A DNA stretch of 64,000 bases. Source: a virus. Where the stretch lies: positions 1 through 64,000 of IMG/VR virus record IMGVR_UViG_3300035180_001452, one strand, 5' to 3'. The position numbers and the translations under genes are program-made. The notes below the pieces were generated by a model that saw only the letters and a list, made by a program, of their open reading frames with translations, did no database searches and was not told the DNA's origin. Shown here in pieces: positions 42,601 through 49,373 of this stretch; position 1 is the stretch's first letter, and each line of letters starts with the position of its first letter.

Positions 42601-45600
42601 CATCATAGCCATTTTCATAAGGTCAACGTTTTCGTTATACACAGCAATTTTAGCTGTTGGGTGCTTATTTATTATTTTAGCTGCTTCAGTTAACATTTGC
42701 ATATCAGCTTTATTCATAGCAGCTATGTCATTAACATTACCAAGTATATCTGTTGTGGCTTCTTGTATTCTACGAGTATTCTTCCACCCTCTAAAGGACT
42801 TGTCATATATAGTAGTTCCCTGTTTCTCTCCAAACTTCTTTTTAACTATACCAACATTTCCTAGTCTCGTATATCTAGGACCGTATGTTTCAATATCTAG
42901 AGCTAAGTACTCTTCTTTATTTGCTGCCACCTCTTTTAATCTAGCTAGCTGTGCTTCTGGTCCACCCTCCATAGATGAAGCTATATACGAGTCATCATTA
43001 ACTTTCCATATTGGAAGAGGGCCATCAACAGGTTTCATACCAAGTAGTCTTTCTTCATCTGTGAAAGTAGCGCTCCTCATCAGCTGATCAAAAGTCATCT
43101 TGGTAGTATAGCCTTCTTCTGTTGTAAAACCAGTTCCATATTCATCATAAACTATATGAGGAGCTGATGGGCCGTTTATATTAGCTATCTTAGCTCCAGA
43201 AGGACCCTCTTGTCCCATACCGTACTGGCCTTTTGTTTTTGCAGAAGGAAAGTCCTTTTCCCAATTTAGGGATAGCCCTTCCATAGGTACCACAAGATTC
43301 TTATCTTCTCCTGCTATTACAACTCCAGGTTTTCCAGCTACCTCTTTAGTTTCAAAGTTTTCTTTTCCTAATGTATTAATAATATTTTCTACATGGTTTA
43401 TATCCTCAACATTCCAAAAAACTTTACCGTTCTCAATACGCACACCTCCCGGTAAAGCATTACTATATCCTACGGTCTTATCTATAAATTCTAATAGCCA
43501 GTTAGCTACTTTTGTATTGTTAATATCTGATTCGTCTTCAGCATATTTAGAAGCTAGTCTTAGTGCTACAGTCTTAGCATATGCTTTTTCTTCTTCAGAT
43601 TCAGCGACTACTAAGTTACCTACTGCCTCTTCTAATAGAGGATGTTTATCATTTAAAGATTTATTCCATAATCTTGTATGTTCATTAAACCTTATCTTAT
43701 CGCTATCATTAATTTCTAACCAATTTTCTTCGTTTCCAAGCTTCATGTTATATGTTTCTAGTAAATTATTAAATTCGCTATTGTACTTATCAATTTTGGC
43801 TATAATCTCACCATACTCTTTATGTTTATCGCTTTCTATAATTTGGTTAACATACCAATCATATTGGTTATTCAACTCAGCCAATTGGGTAATATATCTA
43901 TTATTTTGTCTACGATACTTATCATATTGAGCCACAGCCTTCTTCAACTCTATTGTTTTATCTTTAAACTTATTCTTTATATCAGGATCATTATCTGTTA
44001 GAATATCCATAAATTCTATAATATGTCTATGTATACGTGGGATATTTTCACTTTCATTAAAACTAATATTATTATATATAGATGAATAGATATTATTTAC
44101 AAGTTTCCACTTCTTGTAATTTATTTCTAGTAAATCATCTAGTCCTTTTAGTATACCTTTATTCTGTGTAAGTTTTTCAGCATTATCTTTAGCTTTTTTT
44201 ATAATTTGGTTAATATACCAATCATATTGTTCACTATACCTATAGTATTGGTAAGCATAGTAATTATATTGTTTATTATACTCGTTCTGTTCGGCTATGA
44301 TATTACTTACTTCTGCTAGTTTATCTTTAAATATCCTTCTTGTAACAGAATATTTATATTCTATAGTGTCATCAAATTTTATAAGTCCTCTTTTAAGGTA
44401 CTTGTTACGTAAGCGAACTTTACTTCGGGTAAGCTTAATATTGTTAAATATAGACATTTGTATATTATTCATAGGCTCTTTAATATTTGCTATATATTCT
44501 TCCATATCTTCTACTCTAAACCCTATTATATCTTCTAGCCTATCTATAGATTTCATTATACTAACAGACTCTTCTGTATTTCTATTAGGAAGATTAAAAA
44601 TTCTTCTATGTGTTCTTTTAATACTAAGCTTAGTTCTTAGTAGAGATTTTATAGAAGCTCCTTCACCAGTAGGCCTACTTTCCATACCTACTGCTTCTAG
44701 TAAATCTTCTTTTTCCCATCCACCAGCAGCTACAGATGCGCTAAATATCTTACCATAGGCACCCATTTCTCTATAGAACAGCTGTTCGGCATTTTTTCTG
44801 TGCAGTTTTCCAGCTGTTGTAGATATTAACTTAGCTATACTCTTTGCCTCTTTACTACTAAGGTTATTAAACAAGCCTAGTAAGTGGTCTTCTATAGCTT
44901 TACTATCTGTTAAACTAACTTCCTTTGGTATAGAGTTTATAAACGTTTCTATTATAGAAGTACTTCCGCCTCTTTTCCTTATCTCTCTTAAGATTCTTTT
45001 TTTACTAGGTAGGCTAAATATAGTACGATCTATAACTTCTTGTGCATATCCACCCTTAGAGGCCGATTCAATAGCTTGCATAGCATAGTCTGTAGGATCC
45101 GCTATAGTGTCGGCAATAGTTAAGCCTTCTGTATCAGCAATCTCTTTAGATAGAGATACAGTTCCTTGGCCTGAAATAGGCTTACCTATACGAGTAAATA
45201 CATCTTCTCTTGAACCTAGCCTTCTACGAGTAATAGATGCTACTTCTTTCACAAACTTTTCGTTAAAGTTTTCTGCGGAAAACTTGGACTGGTTACTAGT
45301 TAAGGCAGCAATAATTTCTGTTGCTAGCTCTGACTGTAAATCTTCTAGTTCGTTTATATCCATAGAAGCAATAGTAGCGGGCGATATTCCAAGACTACTT
45401 AATATCTGCTCTCCTACTCTTGACTTTAGTACTTTTCTAGGGTCAATTGTTCCATTTGTGGCTACTCCTAACAGTTCATATACTCTTGAAAGATCTAGCG
45501 CTTTATCTCCTAGAGAAATGGAGGTTCTATTAAATACTTCTTTAGCACCACTAGTAAGGCTACTTATATCTGCATCAGACATATCTAAAGTCTCGCCTGC

Positions 45601-47472
45601 ATTAGACATAATCCTTAGTAGAGCTTGTGCTGGTGTTTCACCCTCATGGTTAGACATATATAATCTATATAGTGGCTTTGATACAGTTTTACCTGCTTCC
45701 TCAACTTCAGTACGAAGAGGCATAGTTACCGGAGAAAGTGTTACCTTAGGCCCTCCATCAGCTAGTGGATCAAACTCAGTTATACGCATAGCAACATTAT
45801 ATGGTCTTAATATTACTGTGTCATTTACTCCTTTAACATCCTCTAACATTGGGCCTAAAGTATTTGTATATTTTCCAAACTCGCCTATACCACCTCCTTG
45901 TGCAGCTGTTGGAAATTTGGTCAGAGCTCTTCTAATTTTATTAATATTATTCGGTGTGTGGCTCCCCCATATACCAAGGCATATCTCTTCTTCTGTTGGA
46001 GGCATACCATTAGACTGTTTATACTTTTCTATAAACTCTCTAATCATTAAGTTATTTATAGAATCATTATTAGCTATAGACCCGTTAAGATATTGAGTCA
46101 TTTTAAATCCAGGCTTATCTATTTTACCCTGTAAATAATCTCTAAACTCTCTAATTAATAAAACATTAGAACTATCCATAGGCTGCATTAGCTCGCCCTG
46201 TCTCATTACAAATTCATTCCATTCTCTAAGGTTCATATCTCTAGAAAAGCCATAAGTATAAGACTGTTCTCTTATGTCCTCACTAAAGAACTCTCCTAGA
46301 GAATCTTTACCCGCTATAGATTCGCTAAGAGATTCAGCTGTTCTAAATCCATGAATATTTGCTATTTTTCCAAACCTATCTATATCCTGTAAATACTCTC
46401 TTAACATCCTCTCTCTACTCTTGACTTCTGGATTTAACATCTCAGAAAGAGCTATAGCAGTTTTACGTACTCCCTCTCTTTTAGGGTTGAGATAACCTAT
46501 TCCAGCCCCCTGGCCTAAACCGGTATGCTGTGAGAAAAGCTGAGAGGCTTTTGAGTGCCCACCTATATATTTTCTAAACTCTTCTATTAAAGATTCAGCA
46601 TCTTGTTCTCGGCCCATCTGCTTAGCAACAGCCCTTATATCTTCAATTGCTTGGGCTACTTTGTCTGCTACTTCTGGTACATACTCTTTACCGGAGTAAA
46701 ACTCTCTGAGTATTCTTTGTGTTTTTTTAATCCTAAGAATATAGTCTCTACGTCTTCTTGCTCCTCGCTCTAGCCAGGATAGTACATCTAAAGGTTCGTT
46801 ATCAATTAATAGCCCCTCATTAAACCTAGCGTTAGGTCTATTTTTAAAAGTAACCTCTAGCTGTAGTCCATTTTCGTCTATCATTTCTGATAGAACTTTT
46901 TTTGCTATAGAACCTATTATCTTTTTTTCGTCATTATTAAGTACTGACGATACTCCTTCTATACCATATATCTTTTTAATTTCTTCTTCTAAGAAGTATC
47001 TAGATTTACGAATAAGCTCTCTTTTTTCTCGTTGCGAAAGACGTGAGGTATTATATACTAATAGTTTAGGATCAACTGGAACAGGTTCAGGCGGTGATTT
47101 AGGTACTCGCTTAGAGCGAGTAGGCTTAGCTGGAGTAGGTGGAGTAGGTGATGTAGGGGCTGGCCTAGGAGTTCCATGAGAAACTCCTACTTCATGAGCA
47201 GGACGAGGCACTTCAGGATGTGGATTTCTTAGCGCTCTATCTATAAATCCTCCAGCAGCTCTGTTAACGCTCCCTACAATATTAAGAGCACGTAGCTGTA
47301 TCCTAGCTACATACCCCTTACGTATAAGGTATACAAATGCAGCTGTATTAATCCCAGCCCAGGCAATATTCTCTATTCGCTGGATAATACCAATTTCACC
47401 GCTCTCTGTATCTTTAACGGTATCTCCAACTCTAAAGTCTCTTGGGTTTTCTGAGTAGTGCTGTTTTCTCAT
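39658..47472 (-). CDS. Giant tape-measure/ejection-like protein containing a DEDDh (DnaQ-like) exonuclease domain
   Basis: 2604 aa, helical and charged; LALDIETYG (ExoI), VYNENVD (ExoII), HTGAEDA (ExoIII) at about 42300-42915; C-terminal hydrophobic GVLAIGGALLTLGVM. Confidence 0.72.
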   Translation of the reverse strand: MRKQHYSENPRDFRVGDTVKDTESGEIGIIQRIENIAWAGINTAAFVYLIRKGYVARIQLRALNIVGSVNRAAGGFIDRALRNPHPEVPRPAHEVGVSHGTPRPAPTSPTPPTPAKPTRSKRVPKSPPEPVPVDPKLLVYNTSRLSQREKRELIRKSRYFLEEEIKKIYGIEGVSSVLNNDEKKIIGSIAKKVLSEMIDENGLQLEVTFKNRPNARFNEGLLIDNEPLDVLSWLERGARRRRDYILRIKKTQRILREFYSGKEYVPEVADKVAQAIEDIRAVAKQMGREQDAESLIEEFRKYIGGHSKASQLFSQHTGLGQGAGIGYLNPKREGVRKTAIALSEMLNPEVKSRERMLREYLQDIDRFGKIANIHGFRTAESLSESIAGKDSLGEFFSEDIREQSYTYGFSRDMNLREWNEFVMRQGELMQPMDSSNVLLIREFRDYLQGKIDKPGFKMTQYLNGSIANNDSINNLMIREFIEKYKQSNGMPPTEEEICLGIWGSHTPNNINKIRRALTKFPTAAQGGGIGEFGKYTNTLGPMLEDVKGVNDTVILRPYNVAMRITEFDPLADGGPKVTLSPVTMPLRTEVEEAGKTVSKPLYRLYMSNHEGETPAQALLRIMSNAGETLDMSDADISSLTSGAKEVFNRTSISLGDKALDLSRVYELLGVATNGTIDPRKVLKSRVGEQILSSLGISPATIASMDINELEDLQSELATEIIAALTSNQSKFSAENFNEKFVKEVASITRRRLGSREDVFTRIGKPISGQGTVSLSKEIADTEGLTIADTIADPTDYAMQAIESASKGGYAQEVIDRTIFSLPSKKRILREIRKRGGSTSIIETFINSIPKEVSLTDSKAIEDHLLGLFNNLSSKEAKSIAKLISTTAGKLHRKNAEQLFYREMGAYGKIFSASVAAGGWEKEDLLEAVGMESRPTGEGASIKSLLRTKLSIKRTHRRIFNLPNRNTEESVSIMKSIDRLEDIIGFRVEDMEEYIANIKEPMNNIQMSIFNNIKLTRSKVRLRNKYLKRGLIKFDDTIEYKYSVTRRIFKDKLAEVSNIIAEQNEYNKQYNYYAYQYYRYSEQYDWYINQIIKKAKDNAEKLTQNKGILKGLDDLLEINYKKWKLVNNIYSSIYNNISFNESENIPRIHRHIIEFMDILTDNDPDIKNKFKDKTIELKKAVAQYDKYRRQNNRYITQLAELNNQYDWYVNQIIESDKHKEYGEIIAKIDKYNSEFNNLLETYNMKLGNEENWLEINDSDKIRFNEHTRLWNKSLNDKHPLLEEAVGNLVVAESEEEKAYAKTVALRLASKYAEDESDINNTKVANWLLEFIDKTVGYSNALPGGVRIENGKVFWNVEDINHVENIINTLGKENFETKEVAGKPGVVIAGEDKNLVVPMEGLSLNWEKDFPSAKTKGQYGMGQEGPSGAKIANINGPSAPHIVYDEYGTGFTTEEGYTTKMTFDQLMRSATFTDEERLLGMKPVDGPLPIWKVNDDSYIASSMEGGPEAQLARLKEVAANKEEYLALDIETYGPRYTRLGNVGIVKKKFGEKQGTTIYDKSFRGWKNTRRIQEATTDILGNVNDIAAMNKADMQMLTEAAKIINKHPTAKIAVYNENVDLMKMAMMAKKHQDRIKAEIAEMAAGASQVPTTPEAAQLVKRLAEMEKAYNTFVEANKNRAINVMFLESAIAPEGGFQALSTAAARRGILKGAQSHTGAEDALLTAKVMEAGVNDYLKVDISKWHQLSAEEFKDKILYGHPTRMRDPYGNNIPVDISNRMLAVESIRKGIDPSTGGEQWAVDLVDANTTTRRTVFAEDALQLSTVLQNLREANLNTTQVAKEEDRIAKDLFNRRIHEILSGERSGTGKFGFEDIEWKMKLAEVPEEKLKVTRDAFAQYVESSDSPELRERLKWIDTQFLKDPRIRRQYRSGLDWFNNQYKIYDRPFFNLIDKEMKAGSINAEQAQHLIRLRWKEVYGAQNTEGALFNFAKEVAQKPFHEWTITPDITNSYRIRLATPQLTKYGIEEFVLRTFYRAHENDPGKALGIMRTALGKVANEQDLIGFFENGGVFRNNQVAYREILSRHLIENNFKFEGKSVVDLIRKAAGVPDNVSLELGMDATRNLAFGIRSYMQTNMEKQLATNPSLNNEFEGVLWWKGIEQRGYKSRAVNRSIMLDYLNNFQKRIHDPAELSKMIRSEEEAMYKANPELRQAGLRLSSLEIPNAFMSGEYAPSVLNLTPRQVVSIHGAKGQTQLAKILIRDIEESRYGANGGFLTDIQRQEIKRVLNWQDMSESIKGITKGSIQPVEVNGITRNIGEAIVPLGGKSYYLRDLLASKAKDKILEELDKSSYTNNMFYEAVHRYFGNAEPRAVGGAPTSIGGNAVGRAATKATAKATRTAVGGTVNKGAANIASAAVANSTQNGPSVAKATVAAANAAIANSAPKGPSVARSANAVGQAWIINSGKAEDFGKFISGIMPSSMDNLGNKLRGLLKGSGVLAIGGALLTLGVMSSRIGIRKSAPSILTEDDQINEPKMDNRVVRKEVPIHKSIHGRIKGVVDSNVDPNEIVNAVHAAIDMHSTGASDKSHVISNDRRKITKQEANKIAKKLLR

Positions 47473-47485
47473 GGCTTATTAATAT

Positions 47486-47530
47486 AGGCCTCTATTTGCA
47501 ATCACAATAGTGAAACGCAAATAGAGGCCT
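47486..47530 (-). promoter_or_regulatory. 14-bp perfect stem-loop immediately upstream of the 2604-aa gene
   Basis: AGGCCTCTATTTGC...TCAC-TATT-GTGA...GCAAATAGAGGCCT, ending 13 nt before ATG 47472. Confidence 0.55.
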
Positions 47531-47571
47531 TAAGTGTGTAGTACTATAAATAACTATAGGTATTACCGTGG

Positions 47572-47829
47572 TTACTCAGTATCGTATAGGTCGCTAAGTG
47601 TAATCTTCATGCTACGTAGTCTAGCTCTTCTACTTGGTAGAGGTCTGGAAGCAGCCCTCTGTAATAAGATATTTTTCCTTAGATTTTCTACGGCTTTTCT
47701 GGTTTCTTGATAAGAAGGCCTAGTAGACGGTTCCGTCTTTTCTGCTGATTCTTGTATAGGCTTTTTCCACGGTCTAGGAACCTTTTTATTAACTAGCTTG
47801 TGTAACCTATCAGCTCTTCCTCTTCTCAA
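47572..47829 (-). CDS. Small very basic hypothetical protein
   Basis: 85 aa, Arg/Lys-rich, TTG start preceded by AGGAG. Confidence 0.55.
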   Translation of the reverse strand: MRRGRADRLHKLVNKKVPRPWKKPIQESAEKTEPSTRPSYQETRKAVENLRKNILLQRAASRPLPSRRARLRSMKITLSDLYDTE

Positions 47830-47839
47830 TTGATTGCTC

Positions 47840-48052
47840 CTAGAAGGGCAGTACTTTGTTATATACCTGGTTGTCTAGCTGGGTAACGACTGCAGTAGCA
47901 ATCTCATTCTCCATTGCTCTAACAACATCAACAGATACCTTATACTTTGATGCTAAAGACTGTAGTTGCTTTTCAGGAATTCTTAAAGCTCTACCGTGTA
48001 CCCAGTCTACTAACATTGGTCTAATTGCGCTATAAACGAATTTAAGCCACAT
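47840..48052 (-). CDS. Small hypothetical protein
   Basis: 70 aa, amphipathic N-terminus, co-oriented with neighbours. Confidence 0.6.
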   Translation of the reverse strand: MWLKFVYSAIRPMLVDWVHGRALRIPEKQLQSLASKYKVSVDVVRAMENEIATAVVTQLDNQVYNKVLPF

Positions 48053-48132
48053 TGTTTTATGCTTTACTAAGACTCTTTATAGAGTAGTCTTAGAAGGCCG
48101 CTCCTTATCGGCCAGTCTTAACATCTATATTA

Positions 48133-49098
48133 CTAGGCAATAGCTGCTGCAGGATGTTTGAAAAACTCTTTTGTGTTAAAGGCTATAAGGTCTCTAAATA
48201 TTTCCTTAACACTACTAAGTGGTCTCTTGTCTAATGCCCATATTATGGCATTGGTTGATGATATGCCCTTCCAGGGGATATTACTTTCCTTGTCTATAAG
48301 CTGGAAAGTGAGCGGCTTCGAAAAGATCCAGGATAGATAAACTCGCCAATCTTCTCCAATGACTCCCAAACAATTAGGGTTTTCAATTAGAGCAACCTGC
48401 TCAGCAGTAGTTAGTACTTCACTACTACCCCAAATAGTACCATTAGACTCTACATATACAGAAGCAATTCCTGTCTTATGTACTTTACACCACTCCCATA
48501 CAGTATCCCGGTATTCTTCACTAGCGTCCTCTGATATGGGAAATACCATATAGTAGTCATCTCTAACAGGCTTTCCATCCTCAGCAGCTATACTAGTCCT
48601 CAATTTAGTCTTAATAGACTTTTTAGTCTTACCCCTTACATATGCGTAAGGTATCATATAAGATGGTTCAAGATAATCTGTAATGTCATAGCTAGGTCGT
48701 AGGCCCTGTAAAGCCCTAGCAAAATCAGTAGTTACTGTAGAGAATATGCCATAGATATCTCCTGGAACCCCGCCTTCTGGAGCATTTCCAAGAAACTTCA
48801 TCATATCCTCTAGCTTCTTAGCTTTCGACTCTTCTGAATAAGTATGGGCCATTTCTAGTGTTGGATCAACAGTATATACAAGGTCATAGCCAATATGTGA
48901 GGCTTCAGAAAAATCGTCTAGACTATATATGTTACTAGCTAACGAAGACTCAACTACTAGCTCTTTACACGATTCAGTAGAAACTGCCGCATCCATAAAA
49001 ACTTGGTAAGGAAAGTACTTAATAGTTTCCCTCATAGCTCCTAGAGCAGCTAGCGTTTCTACTTCTTTTCCTGGAATCTTTACTAAGATCTTGATCAC
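48133..49098 (-). CDS. Divergent GT9 (heptosyltransferase)-like GT-B protein
   Basis: MIKILVKIPG..VETLAALGAMRETIKYFP resembles GT9 KIL...GD......LR.LK..FP; YDLVY; ALIENPNCLGVIGEDWRVYLSWIFSKP resembles LI.....F.G.DSG..H.A....KP. Several conserved residues are altered. Confidence 0.5.
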   Translation of the reverse strand: MIKILVKIPGKEVETLAALGAMRETIKYFPYQVFMDAAVSTESCKELVVESSLASNIYSLDDFSEASHIGYDLVYTVDPTLEMAHTYSEESKAKKLEDMMKFLGNAPEGGVPGDIYGIFSTVTTDFARALQGLRPSYDITDYLEPSYMIPYAYVRGKTKKSIKTKLRTSIAAEDGKPVRDDYYMVFPISEDASEEYRDTVWEWCKVHKTGIASVYVESNGTIWGSSEVLTTAEQVALIENPNCLGVIGEDWRVYLSWIFSKPLTFQLIDKESNIPWKGISSTNAIIWALDKRPLSSVKEIFRDLIAFNTKEFFKHPAAAIA

Positions 49099-49099
49099 T

Positions 49100-49318
49100 C
49101 TAAGCCTTCTTTCTTATTGGAGGTTTAGTCTCTACAATATATAGATCATCTGTGGCCAAACAGTTACCTGAAACTTCTATAACAGAACCGTTTACTGTAT
49201 AATCTTCTTCTGGAGCCAGGTATCTTCCATTGAAAAATACTATACAGTTACTAGCATCTACTCCCTCTGGTACTAGATATCTTCCAGGTCCCAATAGTTT
49301 TAGTTTTAATTGTAGCAT
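49100..49318 (-). CDS. Small beta-domain protein (V-x-x-NG...DY motif common in phage virion proteins)
   Basis: IVFFNGRYLAPEEDYTVNGSVIEV; AAGGA RBS. Confidence 0.7.
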   Translation of the reverse strand: MLQLKLKLLGPGRYLVPEGVDASNCIVFFNGRYLAPEEDYTVNGSVIEVSGNCLATDDLYIVETKPPIRKKA

Positions 49319-49350
49319 GTTTTATCCTTATTGCACGTTCTTCCAGAGAT

Positions 49351-49359
49351 ATTATGGCA
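49351..49359 (-). promoter_or_regulatory. Extended -10-like element TGCCATAAT upstream of the 49318/GT9-like cassette
   Basis: Intergenic, about 32 bp upstream of ATG 49318; same variant as at 27220. Confidence 0.5.
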
Positions 49360-49373
49360 CAAATTCTACTAGG

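Noticed and set aside
47840-48052. Holin
   Set aside because: No clear uncharged transmembrane helix and far from the amidase.
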